This document shows positions 25,203 through 37,560 of a DNA stretch of 64,000 bases, in pieces. Source of the DNA: Podarcis pityusensis (Eukaryota); assembly GCA_964106645.2 (NCBI GenBank), contig OZ067040.1; one strand, written 5' to 3'. Within the stretch, counting starts at the first letter, position 1. The number at the start of each line of letters is the position of its first letter. A model generated the notes under the pieces. It was not told the origin of the DNA. It was given only the letters and a program-made list of their open reading frames with translations, and did no database searches. The position numbers and the translations under genes were made by a program.

Positions 25203-25752
25203 TATTAAATTTAAATCATGATCTGCCTCCCAAAGGAACCCAGGGCAGCATTTTGTTGCAGATTCCACTTGAAATAGATATGCATAAGATATTAAGAACA
25301 ATGTGTATCATAAAATTATTATTCCAGATGTTCTTATATAAATGTTGCCTCTTTTCAACCAGCTTTGTGAGCTTTCCTGAGGGTCACACAGATTTGTGTA
25401 CATCATGCATACAGATTTTTATCATCAGTTGGAGCTGCAGCAATAAAAAAAATCAGACCTTTTGATTCATTAATATGGCAGTCAGTTCTAAATGAGAGCA
25501 TAAGAAATGACTGCATATTCTCCACATTGCCTGTGTTCTAAGAATATCAAATATTTACACACTATTTTGGGAACTGGTATATTTCAGATGCAAGCAATTC
25601 TCCTACATTGGTTAGGAAGCCTCTCAAACAGGAGAAGCCAATTCCAGGAAAAACATCCGCCTTGTAAACAGAAATTTCTAGTTTAAAAAATATAGTTGCT
25701 ATCCCCATTTTTGTCCTCATTTTTCACTGCACAGCACTGAGATACTGTAGCC

Positions 25753-26343
25753 CAGGGGTTTTCAACCTTTTGGGGTCCACGACTCCCTTGACCAACTACA
25801 TTCTTTCTGCAGCCCCCCTGTGGAGCTCAGGAGCCCAGTTGTGTCACCCCTTGCCTGCAGAGATGGCAGCCTCTTACCCTTTTTCAAACACCCTCCCTTG
25901 TGAAGTGTTCCTGTAGCTTCCTCTCCCCTCTCCTTGGGAGTCCTCCGGGCAGCTGCTGCCCTGGTCTCTGAGCTGCACACCCCACCCCAAAGAGAAGTAT
26001 CTCTTCACACTGCCCCACAGGAGCCTGGGACCTGACTGTCCATTCCCAACAGCAAGGGCTGGCAGACTGGCTGCCTGGACTCCCTCGCCCGCCTGCCTGC
26101 TTGCTCTGAGGCTGCCTTAGTTCCTGGTAACCAGCACCCCCTGAGCAGTCCCAAAGGCACCATTCGCTTGGGGAGCTTGTAGCCAGGGCTGTTGCAACAA
26201 ACAGCTGTGCAAGCCTTTGGGAGGCAGAGATGCAAGAGAGCATCAGAGGAGGGAGGGAGGGAGGGAGGGAGGGAAGGAAAGAGGGACAGAGGCCAGCGTT
26301 GCCTGCAGCACCCCTGACCATCATTCAAGGCTGAAAACCACTG
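25753..26343. mobile_element. hAT non-autonomous element
   Basis: TIR CAGGGGTTTTCAACC / GGCTGAAAACCACTG. 8-bp TSD CTGTAGCC / CTGTAGTC. Confidence 0.88.
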
Positions 26344-26827
26344 CTGTAGTCTAATTCAGCTAACATGTCTACTCAAAAGTAAGCGTTATTGAAATCAGCG
26401 GGCTTTAGTCTTAGAGGCAATCTTAACCCTACTTACCGGTACCTAAGTGCCATGACTTTTCCTGGGGCGAAGCCATTGAAAGGGCAAGTCAGTTGGCAGT
26501 CTAATCCTATGCATGTTTGCTGGGAAATGAATCCTACTGAGTTTAATGAGACTTGCTTCCTATTCCCTAGTAAGTGTAATGGTTTATTGTTTTCAGTTTC
26601 CAAGGTATACTTGGGATGCAATCCAAAACACTTGCTAAGAAGTTATTCTTATTAAACAGAAGAGAACTTACTTCTGAGAAGACTTCAATAGGACTGAACT
26701 GTTAATTCCTTTCTGATATATTTTGGACTGGGGTTTTGAGGGGAGAAATTTTATTAGTTTTAGTTTTCTGTATTATTCATGCAAAGAATAGCATATTACA
26801 AGCACAGTTAAGACGTAAAGAACCTCA

Positions 26828-26829
<2 letters not shown>

Positions 26830-26860
<31 letters not shown>
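26830..26860. repeat. (CTG)n trinucleotide repeat
   Basis: About 10 units. Explains the poly-L and poly-S in the ORF track. Confidence 0.95.
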
Positions 26861-26864
<4 letters not shown>

Positions 26865-27362
26865 TTGTGTGTTTGTGATTTTACAAGAAACATGTCTAAT
26901 TGCACTACAATGTGGGTGAAGGTGCCAATCTGACTACATTTGAATGTAATTAAGTATAGGCAGGCAACATTGGCATTTGGATGTCCATCAGATTTGCCAC
27001 CACACAATGTAATAAGGTGGTAAGACACAAAGGTTGGGTGATCTGGGCTACATTGATTAATATAACAGCAGATCTGCCATAGGATATCATGGGGTTGTGT
27101 TTTCCTTACCACTTTTCTTGAGCTTCACTCTTAAAGGTGCCTAAGAGTGCTCATCAAACCTTAACTACCGAATGACTTTCCCGCACCTACATTTGAATAT
27201 GTCAATTTAATCAATTTAATGACTGAAATCTGTTAAGTACACCCACCACCCAATGAGTACATAGCGGGAAGAGGGGGGGAGGCACCAAGGCCAGTCAGCT
27301 GATGGGGAAAAATGCCTACTCATTCCCAGACAGTGATCAGAAAATGCCTATATTGAATAAAG

Positions 27363-27641
27363 CAGGGGTTGGCAAGGCTTACCTTGCCTGGGCCGGTTCA
27401 CTGGCACAGAGCCCCCTCCATGGGCCAGATCGCGTGAGCACTCCCGCCTGCGATTTCCAGCATCTGCGCAGACGCGATTTCCTGCGCCGCGAAAGTGGGT
27501 CCCCGCACCGTGCTGCGCCGGTTTAGCACAGCGCGTGGGGACTTGCCGAGTGGGCAGCTCGGTTCGGGGGTGGATCGTGGGCCGGTAAAACAACCCCTGT
27601 GGGCCACTTGTGGCCCATGGGCCTTAGGTTGTCGACCCCTG
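27363..27641. mobile_element. hAT (Charlie-like) MITE
   Basis: TIR CAGGGGTTGGCAA / TTGTCGACCCCTG. Perfect 8-bp TSD GAATAAAG (27355-27362, 27642-27649). Confidence 0.92.
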
Positions 27642-30600
27642 GAATAAAGGGTGGGGGGAGTGGGTACAGATAAGCCAAAGACACTAAATGAGAGATGGTG
27701 TGGGCTTAAATAACCCATAGTCTAACCCCACCACCCAGGCATCTGTGCAAGTATATAGGCACACTTGAAGCTGAAGTTGTGGCCTTTCTCACCTAAGCAT
27801 CCAAAAGGGAGCCTGCCACTGCAGCTGGTTTGGGGGCAGTGGGATCCCAGCCACAGTTCCTAATCCAGCAAATGATATGCATGTAGAAGCTTAACTGGAT
27901 GTCAGGGTTGACTGTACGTCATATAAAGCTTATATAACCAATTAAAAAAAAATTGGTGTGTGCTTAAATGCTGAAAGAATATGCCAATAACCTTTGAACA
28001 GCAACACATCAAATTAGTTTCCACCAAGCATATCATGACAAAAAGAATGTTCCATAAATTAGGTAAAAACTGCCTTCTTTAATTAAATGTGATTATTGAG
28101 CCAGTACTTGCAACAGATGCAAAGTTTTGTACGTTTTGGGGGATGGGAGTGCTTTAAAAAAAGATAGCAACAGTCTACCCTTGAAGGTCAAACTTTTTAA
28201 AAAAACTTCCCTAGAAATGCATCTTAACAGAACTTGAAAAGCTTTTGTATTATCACTGATGCGTTTCACTGGTCGTAGAGAGAAAAATTCCTCCCGCTCG
28301 TCCTTCCCCCATAATAATAATCCTTCTCTTCAGTAACTCCTCAAAATATTAATTGAGAGAATAGCTTGAAGATACGTTCTGAGGAGTGCTTAAGCCTGTA
28401 TTCACTTGCCTTTCTGTCTCTTTTTAAAAAAACTGAGTAAGTTGATTGGTGAGTCCTGAAAATCCACAGTTAGTGATATAAGGCCTCTTCTCACTTTAAT
28501 TACTGTTTGACAGGCACATTTACTTTCCAGCTGAGCTGTCCTAAATGGAAGCAGCTGCTTTTTAAAACTATACCCCATTCCAAATCCCTACCTTCAATAT
28601 TTTTAGGACATGAAACCTGTAAGTCTCCTTCTGCTTCCTAAAGTTTGAAGGAATTAGACTGTCTGTTCATGTTTATGGTACAATATCACAAACTTTCCGT
28701 GTTGCCATACAAAGGTAGACAGACAGATACACTCGATGGATTGCTCTTGATTTTTCATTGTTGGATAGAGCAATCACTGTTGCTAGGAGCAGCAGAGCAG
28801 CGGATCAGCTGCCAGATCCAAAGCCCTATGAGTGGTGGGTATCAAATTTGTTGCAGCAGTTCCAGGCTCATACAGCTGAGGGGCCCACATCATGGGATCT
28901 AGCAGAATCACAGCCCTGTAAAACATTATTTCAGGACCTTCTGCTGGCTACAGTTGGTGGTAATCAATCTACAGTGCTTTCCATCGCCACAGAGAATACT
29001 TCTTCACTGGTGGAGGCCAGTGGACAAGAACACCCTACTATAGCCTAACCCTCTCCAGCAGCAAAAATAGGGGGTTAGGATTGCTGCCTTATGCACTTGA
29101 TTGTGAACAATAGATGAAGACCTATAAATTATTAAAGTCACTAGAAGAAGCTTGGATTAAACCAGTTTCAGGTATAATACATGTATCAAAAAACTGATAG
29201 TTTTCAAGTGTATTCTATTCACTGTACAATCAGTTGAAAAAGTTGCTCTTGGAAAGAATATGGCAGTAAAAACCTCACATAACTGCAAATAAATTCAATT
29301 TCAAATAGTTCCTGCTGTTTTTTTCATAAAAAACCCCCCAGGGCATTTATTTTCTTAACAATTTTTTGCAACAGGAAAATACTAGTTTCCGTTTGGAATT
29401 TCTATACCAAGTTACTGTATTTTGTTATTGGCAAACAGTCCACATTTGTCCTCGGGAAGACGGTCATTTATTTCTTCTTCACATTAAACAAGGCAAGAAG
29501 GGAAACAGAGGCCCAGATGATTAATCCTAATCCAGAAACAGATGTAACTGGCAGACAATTAGATTAGAAATATCGAACTACTGTCTAGTGCTGCATGTTG
29601 TGTTATTAATATGTTAAATGTGTTGGCAGTAACCAGTAAATCTTTGTGGCTTGGTGAAGTGGAATTTAAGACAAATAGATAAATTGAAGCAGAACAATAA
29701 TTATAAATAATTTGTTTTGATTTTTTTCTTGTTCAGGCTGGTGCAGTTTCCTCTGTTTAGACTGGCATATGTAGGCTGCAATTCTATGCACTTTAATATG
29801 GGAATTTAACTGAGTCAGCATGCATAGGATTGCACTATTAGATTAGTACATGAAGATTGTGACACTTTGAAGTTAACCTTGTCCTTGTTTTGTAGATCTT
29901 TACTATCTCCCCAGGAAAATGTATCCACTTGAGTGAAAGGGGGCACAAAAAATGGGAATGGAATTTTATCAGCTATTGCATTTATTTTCTGATATGTCCT
30001 TGCTGCCGTTTCTCCTCCTATCTGTCTCTGGCTTTTTTCCATTATTTATTATTTAATTTGTATTTTGTCCACCACCACTTTTCTGCAAACAAGAAGCCTT
30101 CCATATTCATTTTGTGCTGTTATGAGTTATCTACTCGTTTGTCATCAATGTGGTTACTCTTGAATATGCCATATGGTCTTCAGCAGAACTAACTTCTGAA
30201 TAAGTGTGTTTTTAAGATTACTCTTTTATTGCAAGCAGTACTTTGTTGGGAACCTGTCATGAAGACTCAATGCAAGATACATGGGAGAGCTTGGAGGGTT
30301 ATAAAAACCAGCTATAAAGAGGAAGGTGGTGGTGCTTGTAGCCCACCAAGACTTGGGAAAACAGAACTAGAGAAAACAGAAACTATGTTTAAGACATTGG
30401 GATTAAAACTCAGGTTTGATTTTTGCTTAGAAAGTTGTTGTGTAGTAATGGGAGTGGCTTTTAAGTGGTCTTACTGCATAAGTCATGTATTATCAGAGGT
30501 CCACAGGACATGAGGCTATTGTTGTGAACATGTGTGCAGGACAAAAGGATATGATCCTTTCCTTTTTCCTTCTGACTCAGAAAGATTGATACAGTCCTAG

Positions 30601-32426
30601 GGGTCTATGTTTAGAGTTGGCTAAATATTGTGAGATGACGGCATTTTGTCTCTGGCACACCTTCTCTTTCTGATCTGTAGATTTAAAGTGAGCATAGGTT
30701 TGCAGTGCACTTTTGGTTAGCAGTTGACTTTTGTTGTTTGTGAAATGGAATGGTTTAAAATATGTACTGTATATGTATGCACACACAAAAAGTTCTTCTT
30801 GGGTAACTGCTTTCCACAGATGGAATACAAGCTGCTCATTTTTGTGTTTGGGCTGAAGGCTTCTTAGCCTCTGATATGTGTTACATGGTATAAAATGGCA
30901 TGTAGTATGTTTCTAAGTACTGTAATTCCAGCATCTCTAATAGAACTGATAAGTAATTTCTCTTCATTATGTTTAATACTATCTGTGTTTAATGCTATTT
31001 TTTCATTGGCAACGTGTGCATTCATGGTTTTGTTTGTCATTATGGTTTGTATTTTTGTGTTTTTATATTCCAAACCGCCCTATGCTCCTCAGATGAAATG
31101 GTATAGAAATTTAATAAACCACCACCGTGCAAATCCTATAATAAATGCAAATACTAATGAGTATTCATGTAATCCATAGAATAGACTGTTGGACTACTTC
31201 CTGGTAGATCTAGTTTCAGTTCCTTCATCTGCAGTAATTTTACTGCTTAGCTCAAACAAGTCACTTTCAACGTGTGAAAGAAGAGTGATAGTACCAAGCC
31301 TCCTCTGCAGAAATGAGCTTTGTATACATGCATTCAATGAGTCTTGTGAATTAGGATTTTTAGTGCCGGCAATAGTACTTTTGGCAGACGTATCCAGTAA
31401 CTTAATACACAGGTATTAAAAACTGAGTGTCACCCGCCCCAGAGAATCAAGCTATACACATCTAAGACTTCAATGGAGAATAGCTGGGCAGGAGTTAATA
31501 TCCACAAGGGTAGCTCGGTAACTATATGTATTTATTTGGTGTGAAGGAATTAGTTTGTGGTTTGGGTTATTTAGCTAACATGCACACCATACGCACAAGA
31601 AGGAACTAGGCATAGGAGAAAATTAGGAGGGGGAGGTCGAGTTCAGCACAACTCTGGGAGGCAAACTAGCCTTCTCTTTCTCTGGGCTCACTTTGCAGAG
31701 TAGGCTTCAGACAATCAAAGCTGGGCAGGGAGTACCAGAGGCTGGTTTCTAAAACAGACGGATACAGGAAACAGCAAACAAATCTCAAAGCACAGCCTCA
31801 CTTAAAGGTAGCAGATGTGGAGGCTGCCATGTGTAGGGAAAGTACCTCTGGAAGACAGGACAGGAACAAGATATACCTTTCCTGGACCTGTTAGCCAATC
31901 CTGAAGAATTGGAACTGGGGCATGTTGAAACTAGGTCAGGAAGGGAAAATAGAAATGCAGCAGGCAAGAGGAGGCCCAGAAATGTTTATTATTATTATTT
32001 ATTTATTTCACAAGATTTATACTCTACTTGAGATTGTATATTAAAAATAATCAAAGTGGTTTACAAAAAGATAAAACAATAAATAGCTGTATAGATTGAT
32101 ACAATATATATTTGATTTTTAGTGCCACACATATAATACTAAAATATTCAGTTATATCAGTTTAAAATCCTACGGAATAAATGAATAAGTGTGTCCCTCA
32201 TAGATATTACACTTCTTGAGTTCCAAAGGAACCCAAACATAATTCAGGAATGCCACATTGACCATATTTACAGACAGAAATATCTGGATTTTCTGCTTGA
32301 TGAACTACTCCTTACAGTGAAACTTTTGTGAACTGTAAGCCTTTCTGGCTTGCAGAAATCAGCATTGTGTGAACATAGCATACTGTATATGCCTAAGTGG
32401 AAAGAATTTAATGCAGATTCTTTGGA

Positions 32427-32560
32427 GGTATAAGCAAACTCAGCCCTCCAGAGGTTTGGGGATTACAACTTCCATCATCCCTAGCTAATAGGACCAGTGG
32501 TTAGGGATGATGGGAGTTGTAGTCCCAAAACATTTGGAGGGCCGAGTTTGCCTATGCCTG
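32427..32560. mobile_element. Palindromic hAT-type MITE (related partial copies at ~54905-54985, 57712-57771, 59235-59350, 63903-63945)
   Basis: Whole element is an imperfect inverted repeat (GCAAACTCAGCCCTCCAGA...TGGAGGGCCGAGTTTGC). Flanks CTTTGGA / CTTTGGAC. Confidence 0.82.
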
Positions 32561-34161
32561 CTTTGGACTAATGCTTTACTTTGGTCTATTCTTTAAGGTA
32601 AACTACATAAAGTGCCCAGCTCCAGTTAAGAGTGCATATCAATGACATCAAAACAACAATCACCACAGGAAAGCAAGATGCTTCTCTTCTCTTTTTGTTT
32701 TCAAGTGTAGTTCTCTTTTTGTTTTTTAGTGTAGCTCTCTTTTGCCCATAATAGCTATACACTCCTGTGTATAGCAGAACACTCCTGATATAAGCGTTCA
32801 ACTTTCTTTCTGATTGTCCTGTGTTTTGGCAAGTACTCTACAGCCAGCCTGAAAGTTGCCAGAAGCAGAAAGGTTTTCCATGCTGAGCATGCTTCAGCAA
32901 GTCTGGGCTAGATACTGTCTGGCAAAGATGCTTGTATTATGATGACCCCCTTCCTGTTATTTGGGATCCAGCCTGTTTACCTGACTCATCTGCAGGGTGG
33001 AGTGGCCGCGTGCTGTCTCAAGGGGCTTCTAAGCACTCAGTGTAGTGTGTATGCTGATAGAGATTCCCTGGAGCTTGTCATGTAGTAAATTACTGAGTTT
33101 TGAATTACAGTTATGTTTTCTGGGTGCAGTGTTGGAACTACCACAAAGAGGGGCCCTAGGCTTGATAATATTGATAGAATGGTGACTAATATGTTTCTCC
33201 CACAGTACATGCTTCTGACCACTGCTTGGTCATGCAAAGCTTTGTGTTGTACATTTGTACAGTGGCAGTTTTGCTGCCTCAGTCTTGTGCAGAGCTACAT
33301 AGCCACACCATTACAGGATGATGGCTGATAGGATGAGGATGGCGCTGGTGCAAGGTAACATAGAGGCTCGCCATACATATATCCTCCAAAGAAGCATAGG
33401 ACCGCACTTTAAGTGTCAGACGGAAGAAATGCTTAAGTGGCGGGAAACAATAAATGGACAGGGTTGGAGAAATTGTGTTATGTTTGGTACTGAATTAGAG
33501 AACAACACATGTCACTCCACACCATGCACTTGCTTCCTCACTTGTGTGCATAGTATCATTTATGAATGGCATGTCCATGTACAATTTTTGGCTTTTGTCT
33601 GCATTATACATGTGAGTGGCTGCTTTTAAAAGACTGCCCAGAGTATAAAACAGTTAAGAGTGTTAGCAGCAATGGAAGGACCAGATCAGCAAGGAAAGAA
33701 CAGTGGGTATATTTTGCTCATGTAAAAGAACTCACAGTGCTATTCCTTGTAATTCTGTGAAGTTCACTGTATATCTGAAACATCAGCTTTAGAAAGTGCA
33801 AACTTCCTGATTAGATTAAGTGTTTGTTTAGTGTCAACGCCTACTGATGACCATTTAATTGAAATGCAAATGGTAGAACTATGTGTAAACATCCAGATAT
33901 TTTGAGTCTTGGTGGGAGTTGAGACAGGAAGTAGAGACTGACCATACCACAGTAGTTTAGCATAATGTGTCTGAATTCTGTCTAATTTCAAACCATAACC
34001 TAAAAAATCCCTCTCCCATGTAGCCTGGGAGATATTTTATTTATAAAGAACTGTTTGCTTCCATAAACAACTGTTTTTAAAAATTGCATAATAGATCATC
34101 ACACTCCCCCTTCCTAAGGCATTTGTGTGGCTATAATTCACCAGAAAGGGATTTCAGTTTA

Positions 34162-34286
34162 TGCATCTGACAGAGTGGGTGTGAATCCATGAAAGTTTAT
34201 GCCATGATAATGTTGTTAGTCTTAAAAGTGCCACAGGACTGTTTTTTTTTTCCCTGTAAGAGACTGACATGACTGCCCCTCCAGAA
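34162..34286 (+). mobile_element. Penelope-like element terminal-repeat remnant with degenerate hammerhead ribozyme motif
   Basis: GCATCTGACAGAGTGGG..TCCATGAAAGTTTATGC followed by TGTTAGTCTTAAAAGTGCCACAGGACT...AGACTGACATG, as in reptile Penelope 3' ends. Confidence 0.7.
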
Positions 34287-34732
34287 AAAGGGAGAGAAAA
34301 AGAAGTGAATAAAATGTTGCTATCGTTAGGCTGCTATCCTAAGCATAATTGCTTGGAAGCCAAATAAACATGGTTAGGAATTGGGGTGTTTGGCTTGTTT
34401 GCTTCACTTGTGTAATTTCTGAAGCCCTCTGTATTATAAAGTAGCTGTGTTTAACAATAGTTTCTTTTCTTCCTCCCTCTGAACATTTTCATTGGGGCTT
34501 TGTTTGCCACCCTGGTCTGCACAAACAAGTAATTGTGGGGTTCTTCAACCACCACCACCTTTGTTGGTTCTGTTGGCTCATTCACAAAATCCACTATGAG
34601 TTTTCTTGAACATGTTGTTATTGTTGTTGGCATCTATCTGTCTTGGGAGACAATGGAAGAGTTCACCTTCAGGGGTAAAGTCAAACTGTTGGCCAGTTAC
34701 AAAGCCTGCTGTGGCTGTAAGGACCGAAGCCA

Positions 34733-34963
34733 CTGTGGGACCTCAGGTTACAAATGCTTCGGGTTACAAACGCTTCAGGTTACAGACTCTTCTAACCCAG
34801 AAGTAGTACCTTGGGTTAAGAACTTTACTTCAGGATAAGAACAGAAGTCGCACGGAAGCGGCGGGAGGTCCCATTAGCTAAAGGGGTACCTCACGTTAAG
34901 AACAGTTTCAGGTTAAGAACGGACCTCCAGAACGAATTAAGTTCTTAACCAGAGGTCCCACTG
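34733..34963. mobile_element. Tigger-like MITE, family T1
   Basis: CTGTGGGACCTCAGGTTA ... TAACCAGAGGTCCCACTG-TA. Same interior as 15821. Confidence 0.88.
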
Positions 34964-34967
34964 TATT

Positions 34968-35102
34968 CATAGAATTGCAGAGTTGGAAGTAATCACAAGG
35001 GTCATCTAGTCCAACCCCCTGCCATGCAGGAATGTTTTGCCCAACTTGGGGCTTGAACCCACAACCTTGAGATTAAGAGTCGCATGCACTATTGACTGAG
35101 CT
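34968..35102 (-). mobile_element. tRNA-Lys(CTT)-derived SINE with CR1-type 3' tail
   Basis: Reverse complement of 35039-35102 is AGCTCAGTCAATAGTGCATGCGACTCTTAATCTCAAGGTTGTGGGTTCAAGCCCCAAGTTGGGC (tRNA-Lys-CTT-like). It is followed by GGGTTGGACTAGATGACCC...ATTCTATG, matching the CR1 tail at 23575-23630. Confidence 0.85.
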
Positions 35103-35304
35103 GTATTCAGTCTATATTGTCCCAGGGTAAATGCTTAAGGAAATGCACATTAAGAGAAAAATTAATTAATCATGGGAGAGAAGACACATTCTTTGATGTC
35201 GTTGGGCTGCAGAAATATTTGTCTTTCAAATAGCTTCTGTGAACAGGCATGTTCATGAGTATAGTGTTTTGCTTGTGGCGAATGAGTACTGAGGGGTTTT
35301 TAAT

Positions 35305-35400
35305 ATTTATTTATTACATTTATGTACCACCTTTTCCTCAACGGAGCTCAAGGTGGTGTATATGGTTTTCTGTTCCTCATATCCTCACAACAACCCTGTG
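35305..35400 (-). mobile_element. MIR/Squam3-like SINE 3' fragment
   Basis: TTTATTTATT tail, GAGCTCAAGGTGG and ATCCTCACAACAACCCTGTG core. Confidence 0.6.
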
Positions 35401-36659
35401 TTACATGACTTCAGAACACAAGAACTAGAGCTGGGTGGACAATATCTTCCCAGTTGTTAACACTGGATCATGGTAATGTGGTGACTTTTCTGTTAGCGAC
35501 ATATACTGTCAATTCATATACTGTATGTACCTAAAACCTTATTGTTTGAGTCCTGGTTGAACAATTCAAGCTGGAAAAGTCACCTTCCCAAGGAATGAAT
35601 AAAACTTCTGAATGTATATGAATAGTAATTACTGACTTAGACATATTACCTATATGTAGATTTGTGTCATCATGTTGTGAGTCCCCTCTCCAGGCTACCA
35701 TTCTGCATTCCCAGCTCCCGTAGGAGAAACCGTAGTAACGCATATGATGGTGGGTGCTAGTCCATTATAGTAAGTAGAAGAAGCAGATGTCACAAATGAG
35801 ATGGGGGATGACTTAGTCTTAACATAAAACATCTGTGTGCGTGCTCTGCTTTGCGCCACTTCTCAGGCCTTATGCAGACATTCCTACATTAGGGGAATGT
35901 GCATATCATTATAATGTTGGCTGATTCTCTCTCTCCCCCCCCCCCGCTTACATGTGCATGGCACATGTGCATAGTGACCCCCCCCAGCATGTTTAGGCTT
36001 CACTTATATGTGATTAGAGCCTACGTGCATTGGCATCTACATACAAATGTAAATATACACACATGCTTTCCAGTGCACAGAAGTCAGGTGTGCTGGTGGA
36101 GGCAGAGCCAGCTGCTATGAGCTTGATAGCACTACTATCAAAAACATATGCATAAGCTACTCATTGCATTTAGGCACGCACCTAAAATGTTTCAAGGACA
36201 ACTTTAGTGTGCATACATGTTCGCATGTATCACACATATGATGATGATGATGATGATACAGCCACAAACATCAGGAAGTTGTGATTCGCAGTACAGCTTT
36301 ACCTCTGATCAAAGTATAAAATTACCTTTATTGTGCAGCAGTAAAAAAAATTGCTCCAAAAACACGCACTATTATTTCTCAAGGAGACTTGCTAGTTTGC
36401 TGGGATGCTGAAACGTGAGAGACCCTGCTACAGAATGTGCCTGTGTAAAGAAACCGAGCCAATATCATGGTGGGCACACAGAAAAAAAGTGCAAGGCTTT
36501 CAGCCTAAGTTTCATGAGCTTGTTTTTCTGACAGAGGTGGGTGGAAATTTAGGCTGCCAGACTCAAGTAAAAGGGTTCCTAAAAGGAGGAGGAAAGGAAA
36601 CCTTAAAGAGGGCATTCCTGAAATCCTTGCGGGAAGCTGGGTTGGCTTAAACATTAACC

Positions 36660-37560
36660 CTGTTGAGTGGCGAGTGTGTTAAGTGCGTGTCTGCGTGGTG
36701 CGACTGGAGAACTTGGGCCAGTCGGCCAGAACCTTCAGCGAGGCTGCTCTTTCAACAGGCGATTTGTTCGCCTGTCTGGGGCTCATTGCCATGCGAAAGG
36801 GGCTGACATCAGAGCACCTTTTGTTGCTAAAAGCTCTTTTCTCTGGAGAGAGACAGAGAGAGCAGTCATGTGGAGATGGGAGAGCCCATGTAGAGGGAAA
36901 GGGGGGAGGCAGAGAATTAGAGTTACCTACGAACTGAAAACTCAGCGCTGGCTCCTGATTTGAGGAGGGGGAACCTTACCGAAAGACTTCCTTTGGTGCC
37001 AGATGTATTTTGGGCCTGTGGGAAGCGATTCCCTCTCCCCAAAGAGGCGACCGCGACTCTCTGGAGCACCCCTGCGCGAGGGAAAGGTGGTCACGGCCAG
37101 CTTTGCTTTGCCACCCTGTTGCTCACGGCTCCAAGCAGGCAAAGTTTGTGCGGGGCATGGCAGTTTCTAGACGTGCCAAGAGTTGAGCCCGGGAAGGAGC
37201 TGCAGGAGGGAAGCGTCGGGCGCCTCCTCTGCTCTCTTCTGGGGCTGGAGCCTGGCGGGAAGGCGAAGGCAGAGGCGGCATGATGGAGTAGCCGGGCGGC
37301 GGCGGCGGCGGCGGGTCTGGCTTGAGCGCAGGGCTTGAGCCGGCGGCGGGGCGTGAGGCGGGCAGCGTCGCCCTTGGCTAGAGTCTCGGTCCGGTGGGGA
37401 GCGCGCCTTGAGCTTTGCTTTCCGAGGAGGCGACTATGGAGGAGGAACAAGCCGCCGGCGCCGAACCCCAGGAGGACAGCAGCATGCCCGAGAGTTTCTC
37501 CAGACTCTGGACGGATGTCATGGGGATACTGGTGAGTGACTGGTTTGGGTGGATTGGGAG
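36660..37560 (+). promoter_or_regulatory. SASH1: CpG island, promoter and 5'UTR of SASH1
   Basis: Sharp rise in GC and CpG in non-repeat sequence leading into the ATG at 37436. (GGC)n tract at ~37295-37313. Confidence 0.85.
37436..37531 (+). CDS. SASH1: SAM and SH3 domain-containing protein 1, first coding exon (32 aa)
   Basis: MEEEQAAGAEPQEDSSMPESFSRLWTDVMGIL. FSRLWTDVMGIL matches the SASH1 N-terminus. Donor GTGAGT at 37532, phase 0. Confidence 0.96.

Noticed and set aside
30255-30510. Possible solo LTR (TGTCATG...CAGGACA with TATA-like motif); similar LTR-looking blocks at ~31430-31970 and ~51320-52050
   Set aside because: No matching TSDs or internal retroviral sequence, so these cannot be supported without a library search.
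35039-35102. Functional tRNA-Lys(CTT) gene
   Set aside because: The 5' acceptor strand is missing, there are several substitutions, and it is fused to a CR1 tail. It is a SINE head.
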